From: Candidatus Omnitrophota bacterium
GTDB taxonomy: Bacteria; Omnitrophota; Omnitrophia; Omnitrophales; Aquincolibacteriaceae
Direction of reading: 5' to 3'
Assembly: GCA_003140935.1 (NCBI GenBank)
Contig: PLLJ01000038.1
Location: forward strand, 6,858-70,857
Length of the DNA stretch: 64,000 bases
This document shows positions 1-8,539 of the stretch, one piece after another (position 1 is the stretch's first letter; every line of letters starts with the position of its first letter). The notes under the pieces were generated by a model, which saw only the letters and a program-made list of their open reading frames with translations, did no database searches and was not told the origin of the DNA. The position numbers were made by a program, and so were the translations under genes.

Positions 1-1062
1 GCCGAGCACTTTGAGTCCGGTCTCAATATCCTGCTTCGTGATCGCGCCCATGTGACAAATGCGGACGACCTTTCCTTTCATCTGATCGCCCTGCCCGCCC
101 GCCATCGCGATCCCTTTTTCATCGCGCATCACCTGGCAGAGCTTCTCGCCATCGATCCCTTCGGGCAGCCAGGCGGCCGTTACGGTCGAAGAAGGCGCCT
201 TCGAAAAAAGTTTCAGGCCCATCTTTTGGAGCGACTCGCGCGTGAAAGCCGCGTTCGCGGCGCAGCGCTTGAAAACATTCTCGATCCCTTCCTGTTCGAT
301 CAGATCGAGCGACTTCTGAAGCCCGATCACCAGGGTCAGTGCCGGTGTCCAAGGCGTGTCGCTGTCTTTCAGGGATTTTTCATAATATTTGAGATCGTAG
401 TAAAAGCGCGGCAACTTGGCGGTCGCCATACGCGCCTTTGCCTTTTCACTCACACTCAGGAACGCGAGTCCCGGAGGCAGCATCAGCGCCTTCTGCGAAC
501 CGGCGATCACCAGATCCACATGCCACTGGTCCGTCTCGAGACGATCGGCTCCGAGGCCTGAAATGGCGTCCACGATCAAAAGTGCGTTCGTTTTCGCCAC
601 GATCGCGCCGATCGTTTTGATGGCGCTTAAGACCGCGGTCGAAGTTTCACAAAGTTGGACACAAACGCCCTTGATATCCGGGTCCTTTTGAAGCGCTTCC
701 TCGATCTTTTTCGGGTCCGGGGCCTCTCCGTACGGAACTTTGAGGCTGATCGGAACGAGCCCGAACGCCTTCGCGATCGCGGTAAAACGTTCGGCGAATT
801 TTCCGTTCTCCACCACGAGGACCTTGTCTCCCGCGGAATGAAAATTGACCAAAGCCGCTTCCATCGCCAAGCTGCCCGAACCGGTGAAGGTATAAACGGG
901 ATTCTTTGTCAGGAACACTTTTTTCAGGCGCTCGGAAACATCCCCGAAGATCTTGCGGTATCGCGGCGTGCGATGATGGAAGATCGGCTCCGCCATCAGC
1001 TTGCGGGTGACTTCAGGAACGGGAGTGGGACCGGGAGTTAAAAGGATCGCGGGCTTCGTCAT
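1..1062 (-). CDS. Class V aminotransferase (serine-glyoxylate / alanine-glyoxylate aminotransferase family), partial; N-terminus at 1062, C-terminus runs off the window start
   Basis: Minus-strand translation from ATG at 1060-1062 gives [18 protein letters not shown]..., the typical class V aminotransferase N-terminus (LLxPGPT), with PLP-fold-like sequence downstream (..[11 protein letters not shown].., ..[15 protein letters not shown]..). The frame is open to position 1. Its ATG overlaps the clpP stop as ATGA. Confidence 0.75.
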   Translation of the reverse strand, partial: MTKPAILLTPGPTPVPEVTRKLMAEPIFHHRTPRYRKIFGDVSERLKKVFLTKNPVYTFTGSGSLAMEAALVNFHSAGDKVLVVENGKFAERFTAIAKAFGLVPISLKVPYGEAPDPKKIEEALQKDPDIKGVCVQLCETSTAVLSAIKTIGAIVAKTNALLIVDAISGLGADRLETDQWHVDLVIAGSQKALMLPPGLAFLSVSEKAKARMATAKLPRFYYDLKYYEKSLKDSDTPWTPALTLVIGLQKSLDLIEQEGIENVFKRCAANAAFTRESLQKMGLKLFSKAPSSTVTAAWLPEGIDGEKLCQVMRDEKGIAMAGGQGDQMKGKVVRICHMGAITKQDIETGLKVLG

Positions 1063-1667
1063 GGTTTTTGAACCTCCGTGCGGGTTGTGATCACTGCGTC
1101 GACAATACCATAATTTTTTGCCTCATCGGCGGACATGAAATAATCCCTGTCGGTGTCCTTCTCGATCTTTTCGAGCGCTTGTCCGGTGTGACGGACAAGG
1201 ATCTGATTCAGTTGTTCTTTAAGTTTTAAGATCTCTCTGGCCTGAATATGGATATCCGAAGCCGTCCCCTGCGTGCCGCCCCAGGGCTGGTGGATCATCA
1301 CGCGGGAATTCGGCAAAGAGTACCGTTTTCCCTTGGTGCCGGCCGCGAGAAGCAGGGAGCCCATGCTTGCGGCCTGCCCAAGACAGTAGGTCGCGACGTC
1401 GCATTTCACGAAGCGCATGGTGTCGTAGATCGCAAGACCTGCGGTCACGGACCCGCCGGGGGAATTGATGTAGATGTTGATATCCTTGCCCGGCTCTTCC
1501 ATGTTGAGGAAAAGGATCTGAGCGATAATAAGATTGGCGATCACGTCATCGATCGGCGTTCCGATAAAAACAATGCGGTCTTTGAGAAGCCGGGAGTAGA
1601 TATCATACGCCCGCTCCCCTTTTCCGGTCGTTTCAATCACCATCGGGACCAAATAGCTCATATTCAA
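1059..1667 (-). CDS. clpP: ATP-dependent Clp protease proteolytic subunit ClpP
   Basis: 202-aa ORF with canonical ClpP sequence (..[24 protein letters not shown].., [17 protein letters not shown].., [16 protein letters not shown].., MIHQPWGG). The Ser-His-Asp triad context is conserved. Confidence 0.95.
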   Translation of the reverse strand: MNMSYLVPMVIETTGKGERAYDIYSRLLKDRIVFIGTPIDDVIANLIIAQILFLNMEEPGKDINIYINSPGGSVTAGLAIYDTMRFVKCDVATYCLGQAASMGSLLLAAGTKGKRYSLPNSRVMIHQPWGGTQGTASDIHIQAREILKLKEQLNQILVRHTGQALEKIEKDTDRDYFMSADEAKNYGIVDAVITTRTEVQKP

Positions 1668-1740
1668 CCTCCGTTATCAGCGTGGAGCGTACAGCGCAGA
1701 GAAAATAGAAAAGCTCATACTATTCACTCTACGCCCTGCG

Positions 1741-3084
1741 CTATTTTTTGGCGTGCTGTTTTAAAAATTCAATGACCTTCTCGTTCCGGACCTGGTCCAG
1801 CAAAGTTTCCCGGGCTTCTTTGTGTTCTTTGTAATATTTCTCGATCGTTTCTTTCGGCTGGCGGTACTGCTGGCTCAACGCCTCGTATTTCGTTCCCAGG
1901 TCCGCCTCTTCCGCCTTGATCTTTTGGGTATCGGCGATCTCATCCAGGAGAAAGGCAATGTGGATCTGACGGCGGGCCTCGGTCTCGAACTCTTTTTGCA
2001 TCTTTTCTTTCTCTTTATCAAAGACCTCGTCCGTGCCTCCCTGTTGAAGGAAACGCTGACGCGCCTGGTCCATCAGGTATTCCGCCCGCCGCTGCAAAAG
2101 CCCGCTCGGCAGATCGATCTTATTGTGTTTGACCAACTCGTTTAAGAGTTCCTGTTCAAAAGCAGCTTCTTTGGCGACGGCGTCCTGCTTCTCAAGATCC
2201 TCCGTGAGCTTTTTCTTGAGATCGCTCAGGTCCTTATACTCCCCGGCCTGTTTGGCAAGATCGTCGTTAAGTTCGGGAATTATTTTTTCCTTGATCTCTT
2301 TGATCTTCATTTTGAAGACGGCTGTTTTCCCGGCGGCTCTTTTATCCGCCATATCCTGAGGGAAAGAGATCTGCACGTTCTTTTCGTCGCCCACACTGGC
2401 GCCCACAAGCTGCGCGGAGAACCCTTTGAGGTATTCTTCTTCTTTGAGCTCGATCCAATCATCATTGCGCTTTTCCATTTCCTTGCCGTCGACCGTGCAG
2501 ACGTAATCGGTGATCACGAAATCTCCCAACTTGGCCGCACGGCCCTCGACCGCTTTATATTGAGCGTGCATCTCCTGGGTCTGTTTGAGCGCTTTTTCGA
2601 TATCTTCAGGTTTCGCCCCGGGCTTTTCCTTTTTAGCGCTCAATCCGGCGACACGGGAAAGTTTGACCTTGGGACGGATCTCAATATGCGCTTTATAGGT
2701 GAGCTTTTCCTTGGCAAATTGGATATCCTTGATCTCGGGCGTCGTGAGCGGGCTGAGATCTTTCTCGCGAAGGGCTTTGGGCAGTGATTCCGAAAGGAGT
2801 GCTTCCAGCACCGAATCATTGGCGTTTTTCTCATAATGCATGACCAGCACGTCGCGAGGGATCTTTCCGGGACGGAATCCCGGCACTTTGGCGCGCGGAG
2901 CGATCGAATTATAAAAAGACTCGTATTCTTTGCTGATACGGTCCTGGGCCACTTCAATGGTCAGGATCTTTTCGCAGGTCTTGCCATCCTGCAATTTGAT
3001 CTTGATCGAAGAGTCTTGAGGTTGTGAGGTTTCGATACCAGAAAGGTCTTCGGATGTTTCTTCTTTCTTCTTTTTCAGTAACAC
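1741..3084 (-). CDS. tig: Trigger factor (ribosome-associated peptidyl-prolyl isomerase/chaperone)
   Basis: 447-aa ORF; the N-terminal ribosome-binding region contains GFRPGKIPR (trigger factor signature motif), with an FKBP-like middle and a helical C-terminal arm. It lies immediately upstream of clpP, the conserved tig-clpP order. Confidence 0.9.
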   Translation of the reverse strand: MLLKKKKEETSEDLSGIETSQPQDSSIKIKLQDGKTCEKILTIEVAQDRISKEYESFYNSIAPRAKVPGFRPGKIPRDVLVMHYEKNANDSVLEALLSESLPKALREKDLSPLTTPEIKDIQFAKEKLTYKAHIEIRPKVKLSRVAGLSAKKEKPGAKPEDIEKALKQTQEMHAQYKAVEGRAAKLGDFVITDYVCTVDGKEMEKRNDDWIELKEEEYLKGFSAQLVGASVGDEKNVQISFPQDMADKRAAGKTAVFKMKIKEIKEKIIPELNDDLAKQAGEYKDLSDLKKKLTEDLEKQDAVAKEAAFEQELLNELVKHNKIDLPSGLLQRRAEYLMDQARQRFLQQGGTDEVFDKEKEKMQKEFETEARRQIHIAFLLDEIADTQKIKAEEADLGTKYEALSQQYRQPKETIEKYYKEHKEARETLLDQVRNEKVIEFLKQHAKK

Positions 3085-3120
3085 AAGTACCGCCTTTATC
3101 TATTGAAACATGAAAAAACA

Positions 3121-3194
3121 TGGAGCGAGTGGAGGGAATCGAACCCTCGTAGCTGCCTTGGCAAGGCAGAGCATTACCACTATGCTACACTCGC
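3121..3194 (-). tRNA. tRNA-Gly (anticodon GCC)
   Basis: The reverse complement folds as a cloverleaf: GCGAGTG acceptor, TAGCATAGTGGTAATGC D-arm, anticodon stem CTGCC/GGCAG with loop TTGCCAA (GCC), T-arm GAGGGTTCGATTCCCTC, and a CCA end encoded. Confidence 0.85.
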
Positions 3195-3394
3195 TTGTTA
3201 GATGAGACTTTACGACTTCCGGGAAGGCCGTATTCTAGTCCCAACACTTATCAATTTCAACAAAGTTGAAATTGGGGCAATCCTTGTCAACCATTTGAAA
3301 AACAATAATGGACAAGGATAGAAGCGCGTCCTACCTTTGTCAATTAAAGTACCGCCGAACCACAGCTTCTGTGCGGTGATAGAACCCCGAAAAA

Positions 3395-3497
3395 AGTGCG
3401 GCCGGAGGGACTTGGCGCCTCCGCTTCGCTACGGTCGGCCACCCGCGCTATAAATATGACCCCTGTCATATTTATGAACAGCGCTCCCTTCAAGCCC
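3395..3497 (-). repeat. tRNA-Leu 3'-half-derived element fused to a long hairpin (tRNA-like remnant / possible structured RNA or terminator)
   Basis: The first ~20 nt (agtgcggccggagggacttg) match the T-arm/acceptor 3' end of the neighbouring tRNA-Leu gene exactly, then diverge into a ~16-bp near-perfect hairpin (ataaatatgac-cccT-gtcatatttat). On the minus strand it ends ...CGGCCGCAC followed by TTTTTT. There is no D-arm or anticodon arm, so it is not a functional tRNA. Confidence 0.5.
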
Positions 3498-3574
3498 TCT
3501 ATACTGCCGAATATAATATCGTAGAAGACCTTCCTTAGGTCTTCACGATAGCGTACTTTTTCATTGAGAAAAAG

Positions 3575-3656
3575 TGCGGCCGGAGGGACTTGAACCCCCA
3601 CACCTTACGGTACAGGATCCTAAGTCCTGCGCGTCTGCCAATTCCGCCACGACCGC
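3575..3656 (-). tRNA. tRNA-Leu (anticodon TAG), class II with long variable arm
   Basis: Reverse complement: GCGGTCG acceptor, D-arm TGGCGGAATTGGCAGACGC, anticodon stem CAGGA/TCCTG with loop CTTAGGA (TAG), variable arm ACCGTAAGGTGT, T-arm GGGGGTTCAAGTCCCTC, 3' acceptor CGGCCGC. No CCA is encoded. Confidence 0.85.
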
Positions 3657-3680
3657 AAACCTAGTAATAGTAACAAGAAA

Positions 3681-3795
3681 AGTGCGCCCTGAAGGACTTG
3701 GCTCCTTCCCCGCCACAATCCGGCGGGTTCGGTAGGCCACCCGCCCCGCTATACAATGCTCCTTGAGTCGCATCGGCGGGGCTCCCTTCAAGTCC
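3681..3795 (-). repeat. tRNA-Lys 3'-half-derived element fused to a GC-rich structured region (second member of the same element family)
   Basis: The first ~20 nt (agtgcgccctgaaggacttg) match the T-arm/acceptor end of the adjacent tRNA-Lys exactly. The rest parallels element 1 (ggccacccgcNctataNaat ... gctcccttcaagNcc shared). The minus-strand sequence contains mutually exclusive stems GGCGGGT/ACCCGCC and CCCGCC/GGCGGG. Confidence 0.5.
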
Positions 3796-3817
3796 TTTTC
3801 AACATATTGAAAAAAAG

Positions 3818-3890
3818 TGCGCCCTGAAGGACTTGAACCTTCGACCCAGTGATTAAGAGTCACTTGCTCTACCAACTGAGCTAAGGGCGC
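3818..3890 (-). tRNA. tRNA-Lys (anticodon CTT)
   Basis: Reverse complement GCGCCCTTAGCTCAGTTGGTAGAGCAAGTGACTCTTAATCACTGGGTCGAAGGTTCAAGTCCTTCAGGGCGCA: canonical cloverleaf, anticodon loop CTCTTAA (CTT), U33 and A37 present. Confidence 0.85.
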
Positions 3891-4030
3891 AAAAACTCAA
3901 AGATCAAACCAAAAGTAACGGGTATTGGCGGCCATCAAAAGCCACCAAAGAGCGGGTATTCTACTCAAGAAAGCCTTATTTTACAAGAAAGGGATTCTTG
4001 ATTTTTCTGGAAAAGGAGGATAGAAAACCG

Positions 4031-4882
4031 TCACCTCGCGGTCTTATAGATCTCGCGCACTCCGCGGGTCATTTCCTGATATTCCACGGCATCGGTGATC
4101 AAAGATTTTCCGTTGAGCGGTAATTTCTCGAACCCCTTCTTGATGGCCAGAATACGTTCTTCCGTGATGGGGCGGGATTGGTAATAATCAAAAAAGTAAG
4201 GCGTCATCTTCTCCCCGGCTTTCAGGAAATGTTCCTGTACATCCAACAAAGCCTCCGGGTCGTAGCCGGCGTTCATCAGATACGTCATGGCGGCAGCGTC
4301 ACTTGCCAAAAGCCGTTCCCCGGGAGTTTTGTACGAATTCTCATTGTAAGCCTGTAAAAGCACGAGCCCTAAACTTGCCAAAGACCCGATAGGGCCGAAC
4401 ATGGGACCGACCGCCGAACCGATCTGGGTTGCGGCATTGATCGCGCCATCCCGTTTCGTAAAACGCCGGTCCACGGTCTGCTGCTCCCCGATCTCATGCG
4501 CGAGCACTGCGGCAAGCTCCGCTTCATTCTGAAGAAAACTCAGCATACCGGTTGTGATATAGACATAACCTCCCGGCGCCGAAGTTGCATAGATCTTTTC
4601 GCTGTAAAGGATCGTGAACCGGTATTTGAGGTCGTGGCGTTTAGCCTGGGCGGCAAGCGCATGCCCCAGATCATCGACATACTTCACCACTTTCGGATCC
4701 GTATAAGGATAAAAAGCCGTGAGGATCTGCTGGTGGAGCATCTCACCCGTCTTTTGCTCCTCGGTCAGATGCGAGTTTTGGGAAGGGGTCACCGGACGGT
4801 CGTATTCCGATGTTGTCGCGCAGCCGCTTAAAAGGACCGAACAGCCCAGAAACAGCGATAGAAAATCCGGAAAGTTCCTCAA
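4031..4882 (-). CDS. Lipoprotein, M48-like metallopeptidase-related (HEIGE in place of HExxH)
   Basis: The 4031..4957 ATG-start form of the ORF overlaps tRNA-Arg. A TTG at ~4882 preceded by AGAGGGA gives (M)RNFPDFLSLFLGCSVLLSGC, a classic lipobox signal. The body contains AVLAHEIGEQQ and a C-terminal helical region. The second His of HExxH appears substituted by Glu, so it may be a pseudo-peptidase. Confidence 0.55.
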   Translation of the reverse strand: MRNFPDFLSLFLGCSVLLSGCATTSEYDRPVTPSQNSHLTEEQKTGEMLHQQILTAFYPYTDPKVVKYVDDLGHALAAQAKRHDLKYRFTILYSEKIYATSAPGGYVYITTGMLSFLQNEAELAAVLAHEIGEQQTVDRRFTKRDGAINAATQIGSAVGPMFGPIGSLASLGLVLLQAYNENSYKTPGERLLASDAAAMTYLMNAGYDPEALLDVQEHFLKAGEKMTPYFFDYYQSRPITEERILAIKKGFEKLPLNGKSLITDAVEYQEMTRGVREIYKTAR

Positions 4883-4942
4883 ATCAAAATCCCTCTTGAA
4901 CTTGAATGAAGTTTCGGGATACGATGAACCTTCTTCATACGA

Positions 4943-5016
4943 GCGCCCGTAGCTCAACTGGATAGAGCATCAGCCTTCGGAGCTGAGGGTTGCAGGTTCG
5001 ACCCCTGCCGGGCGCG
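4943..5016 (+). tRNA. tRNA-Arg (anticodon TCG)
   Basis: GCGCCCGTAGCTCAACTGGATAGAGCATCAGCCTTCGGAGCTGAGGGTTGCAGGTTCGACCCCTGCCGGGCGCG: acceptor GCGCCCG/CGGGCGC, anticodon stem TCAGC/GCTGA with loop CTTCGGA (TCG), T-arm GCAGGTTCGACCCCTGC. Confidence 0.85.
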
Positions 5017-5017
5017 C

Positions 5018-5986
5018 TTACTTTTTAAGCGCTGAACGCTTGAACACGAGAGCCAACGCGCCGTGATCGCCGACGTGCCCTTTGAGGAGCGAGGGGACGA
5101 TCTTCGCCGTGCGGAACGCCTCGGGCCACGCATGCTGCTTCACGCTTTTTATCATCGTCCTCCAAAAGATCTTGGGTGCGGTTTTCAAAACGCCGCCGCC
5201 GATCACGATCTTTTCCGGATTCAAAATATTCAGCAGGTTCGCGATCCCGATCCCCAGATAATAACCGGCACTTCGATAACTTTCGATCGCCAGCTTGTCC
5301 CCTTCGCGCGCGGCCATACCGACTTGCTTAGCGCCCACTCTTTTATTTCCGCGAAGAAATTTCCAGAGGCTTGTATTTTTCGAGGTCATCCGGTCGCGGA
5401 CATTGTTCACGATCGCGGTCCCGGACGCGTAGGCCTCAAGACATCCCCGTTTCCCGCAACCACACCGCCGCCCCTCCGGGACAACGCTCATGTGACCGAT
5501 CTCGCCGGCCACACAGCCCGCGCCCTCATGAAGTTCACCGTTCATTACGATCCCGCCGCCGACGCCGGTGCTGACCGTGATATAAATAAGGTCTTGGACC
5601 TTCTTACCCGCACCAAAAAACTTCTCGCCCAAAGCCGCGGCATTCGCGTCATTGGCAAGAAAGACCGGAAGCCCCGTCGCTTTTTGAAGGATGTTCCGGA
5701 GCGGGATCCCCTTCCATCCGGGAAGGTTGGGAGAACGCGGAAGCGTCCCTTTCGAGGAATCGACAGGGCCGGGGCAGCCTACACCGACGCCGAGGATCTT
5801 TTTGGGAGGAACGCAAGCATGAAGGATCAAGGCGCGAAGATTCGAAACGAGTTCTTTGATACAGGCTGCCGTTTTTGTCCGGATCCCTGTCGCAATCTCA
5901 CGCCGCGCAAGGATCTTCCCTTTTTCAGTTCCGAGGACAAGCGAGATCTTTGTCCCGCCGATATCAATGCCAATTGCGTATTTCAT
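5018..5986 (-). CDS. ROK family sugar kinase (glucokinase-like)
   Basis: MKYAIGIDIGGTKISLVLG N-terminal ATP-binding motif, VSTGVGGGIV, and the ROK zinc motif GHMSVVPEGRRCGCGKRGCLEAYASG. ATG at 5986 with a GAGGT RBS; the longer 6094 start adds a non-conserved leader. Confidence 0.85.
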   Translation of the reverse strand: MKYAIGIDIGGTKISLVLGTEKGKILARREIATGIRTKTAACIKELVSNLRALILHACVPPKKILGVGVGCPGPVDSSKGTLPRSPNLPGWKGIPLRNILQKATGLPVFLANDANAAALGEKFFGAGKKVQDLIYITVSTGVGGGIVMNGELHEGAGCVAGEIGHMSVVPEGRRCGCGKRGCLEAYASGTAIVNNVRDRMTSKNTSLWKFLRGNKRVGAKQVGMAAREGDKLAIESYRSAGYYLGIGIANLLNILNPEKIVIGGGVLKTAPKIFWRTMIKSVKQHAWPEAFRTAKIVPSLLKGHVGDHGALALVFKRSALKK

Positions 5987-6064
5987 ATACTGAGACCTCA
6001 GACTGGAGGAGAAAATTTGGGCAGAGGGTAGTCCAAATTTTTTATTTTGTTTTTGAAAAAAATT

Positions 6065-6137
6065 TGGGCAGGGAGGGAATTGAACCCCCGACACAGGGAT
6101 TTTCAGTCCCTTGCTCTACCGACTGAGCTACCTGCCC
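6065..6137 (-). tRNA. tRNA-Phe (anticodon GAA)
   Basis: Reverse complement GGGCAGGTAGCTCAGTCGGTAGAGCAAGGGACTGAAAATCCCTGTGTCGGGGGTTCAATTCCCTCCCTGCCCA; anticodon loop CTGAAAA (GAA). Confidence 0.85.
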
Positions 6138-6262
6138 ACGAGAATGCGGCTATGTTAGGACGGGTGAAAAACTTTGTCGAGTTGTTTATCGAACAGGCAG
6201 GGATTATAAGGCAGCCTTTGGGAATGTCAAAGATTTTGCGGTGCCGTGCGCCTATCTTTGCG

Positions 6263-6706
6263 TCAATGCCCGGAGTGGTAAGGCCGGTGATGGAGGATGG
6301 TGAGTGCCCGGTAGATCTGCTCCGTCGCAATCACCGCGGCGAGCTCATGAGGCAAAGTCAGAGGACCAAAACTCCAACGGAAAGAAGGTCTCATCGCATC
6401 CAGATCTTTATCCGTGAACCCGTCCGGGCCCCCGATCACGATCTCAAGAACCTGAACGCCGGAGTTCATGCATTTTTGGAGTTCCCTCGCAAGATCCTCG
6501 GAAGAGGCCGCCGTGCTCTTCTTGGCTCTCTCGCAAACCCAAACACAGGATCGGGTCTTAGCGGGATAAGCGCCGGCCTCGCAGGGCAGAAAATGCCCGA
6601 TCCTTTCTATATATTCCCGGACCAGGGAAAAGGCCGCGGAGGATTTGAAAGCCTTGGCCGGAGCTTGCGCGGGTTTCAGCCAGGCCAGAGAAAACCGGAG
6701 ACGCAT
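6263..6706 (-). CDS. rlmH: 23S rRNA (pseudouridine1915-N3)-methyltransferase RlmH (SPOUT family)
   Basis: 147-aa ORF with the RlmH C-terminal signature ...LSFGPLTLPHELAAVIATEQIYRALTILHHRPYH and the GGPDG motif. Confidence 0.8.
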   Translation of the reverse strand: MRLRFSLAWLKPAQAPAKAFKSSAAFSLVREYIERIGHFLPCEAGAYPAKTRSCVWVCERAKKSTAASSEDLARELQKCMNSGVQVLEIVIGGPDGFTDKDLDAMRPSFRWSFGPLTLPHELAAVIATEQIYRALTILHHRPYHSGH

Positions 6707-7132
6707 CAGTTGGGACTCCTTTTAAAAACGAATAGTCCTGCAGTGCTAGTATCAACTTTTTGGCCGTTTCTTCAATGATTATTGGTGGAACACGAGGAAT
6801 TCCCAGGATCCTTCTGCGCCGTTCGTTTTTCCCCAGCGAGAAAAAATCTCCCTCGCACCTCGGGTCTTCCTCGGCGGGCAAAAGACCGGGAGGCAGCGTT
6901 CGAGACCCTGGGAGCTTGGCTCCGCCGTGTTTTTCAGGCGGATCCCAGGGGTGAGATCCGAAGGCGGTTGATTCTCGCAGGAAGAAGCGACCGCCGGTGA
7001 CGACAGGCCTTTTGCCCGCCACCTTGCCCGTTCGACCCTCGGAGCGCGCTTCAGGATCCTTGGGAAATTCAACCGGTTTGCTTCGCGCGCATTTCTCTTT
7101 ATCGGAATGAGAAATGCGGGGTAGAATGCGCC

Positions 7133-8290
7133 ATGAACTCAAAATCCATTCCCAGGATCGACCACATCTATCTGGATAGAAATGCCGCGCGTTCGCCTCT
7201 TGCCAAGCGCATCCTGCGGACCCTCCGCGGCATTCCGGTCACGCTCGTCACAAACAAGAACGCCTTTCTCAAAAAGATCGAAAAGATACCGCTTACCACC
7301 GGCAAGAGAAACCTCTGGCTCACGAACTTCAAAGGGGCATTCCTCAAACCCTGTCCCGCCACGGGGACGGATTACCTTTGCTGCGGCTACAGGATCCTCA
7401 ACGCGCAAACCCACTGCCCTCTCGACTGCACCTATTGCATCCTGCAGAATTATTTGAATGTCCCGTTGATCACGGTCTACGTCAATACCGGGAATATCGC
7501 CCGGGAGATCGACACCCTGATCGCAAGTGAGCCCCGGCGTCTTTTCCGGATGGGCACGGGAGAACTGACGGACAGCCTCGCACTGGACCGGCTGACGCGT
7601 TTGAACGAAACCCTTATCCGCCATGTCCTCGGCAAGAAAATGATCCTGGAGATCAAGACCAAGACCGCTCAGATCGATCATTTGCCGGAGATCCCGAAAA
7701 AGAACGTTCTCATCTCCTGGTCGCTGAATCCCGACGCATTCATCCGGACGGAGGAACACAGGACCGTGTCTTTGGAGGTGCGTTTGAAAGCCGCCCGCAA
7801 GGCCCTCAAAAAAGGTTACCGCCTTGGGTTTCATTTCGATCCTCTGCTCATGCTGCCGGGGTGGAAGAAACAGTACGCGGAGCTTTTAGAAAAGTTGACC
7901 TCGGCTGTCCCGGAAAAAGAAGTGATGTGGATCAGTCTCGGCAGCTTGCGCTATCCGTCTTCACTCAAAAAGGTCATCGAGGAACGCTTCCCGAAAACAA
8001 AGATCACGACGGCGGAATTTGTCAAAGGCCTTGATGGGAAAATGCGCTATTTCCGGCCGGAACGGGTCGGGCTTTACCGGCACGTTTACAGCGAGGTCCG
8101 GAAGCGCTGGAAAGATGTCTTCGTTTATTTCTGCATGGAGAACAGCACCGTTTGGCGAGAGGTGACGGGAGATGCCCCAGAAGGCAATGATCATCTGGAT
8201 TACTTGTTCCACGAGAGCCTGGTAAGACGCTTCCCCGATCTCAAGCTTCCCGCTCCCGGCCTTTCTCTTTACCGGCAAACCGCTTCCTGA
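7133..8290 (+). CDS. Spore-photoproduct-lyase-like radical SAM protein (SplB family DNA repair enzyme)
   Basis: 385-aa ORF with the radical SAM motif CPLDCTYCILQ and an SplB-family-like N-terminal layout (short leader before the CxxxCxxC); ATG at 7133. Confidence 0.75.
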   Translation: MNSKSIPRIDHIYLDRNAARSPLAKRILRTLRGIPVTLVTNKNAFLKKIEKIPLTTGKRNLWLTNFKGAFLKPCPATGTDYLCCGYRILNAQTHCPLDCTYCILQNYLNVPLITVYVNTGNIAREIDTLIASEPRRLFRMGTGELTDSLALDRLTRLNETLIRHVLGKKMILEIKTKTAQIDHLPEIPKKNVLISWSLNPDAFIRTEEHRTVSLEVRLKAARKALKKGYRLGFHFDPLLMLPGWKKQYAELLEKLTSAVPEKEVMWISLGSLRYPSSLKKVIEERFPKTKITTAEFVKGLDGKMRYFRPERVGLYRHVYSEVRKRWKDVFVYFCMENSTVWREVTGDAPEGNDHLDYLFHESLVRRFPDLKLPAPGLSLYRQTAS

Positions 8291-8539
8291 ATCCCTCGAA
8301 ATTATCTTCTAAGGAGTTCGATCTCTTCCAGTGATTGTTTTATAGGATACCGCTATTCTATGATTTCGTCAAAGACGCCTTCGGCAGATCCGCTCTGAGC
8401 CATTCAAATATCGAAAGACCTGACCTTGCGCAACACAAATCCCTATTTAAATACTTCCCAATGCCCCTTCCTCCAGATATACTTTTAGAGGATTCTTTTT
8501 TTACACGGCGTGAACTTTCAAAATCCAAGGAGGATTTTC

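Noticed and set aside
52-1041. Plus-strand ORFs 52-561, 416-691 and 655-1041
   Set aside because: They lie antisense to a well-conserved class V aminotransferase reading frame and have low-complexity, Arg-rich composition typical of antisense frames in GC-rich DNA.
3232-3260. Possible sigma70-like promoter (TTGAAA-N17-TAGAAT on the minus strand) upstream of tRNA-Gly
   Set aside because: Spacing to the tRNA 5' end (~37 nt) and the match quality are only moderate. Not reported as a feature without TSS data.
3344-3875. Minus-strand ORFs 3344-3601 and 3561-3875 with a repeated SPSGRTF peptide
   Set aside because: They are translations of the tRNA genes and the tRNA 3'-half-derived repeats (aaaagtgcgNccNgaNggacttg recurs four times); not protein coding.
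5063-6031. 322-aa plus-strand ORF antisense to the ROK kinase
   Set aside because: It overlaps the entire ROK gene, which has strong family motifs. The antisense product is Arg/Pro-rich with no motifs.
6047-7142. ORFs 6047-6778 (+), 6558-7142 (-) and 6779-7072 (-) around tRNA-Phe and rlmH
   Set aside because: They overlap tRNA-Phe and the rlmH frame, and they are Pro/Arg/Gly-rich low-complexity translations with no start context. Only rlmH was kept.
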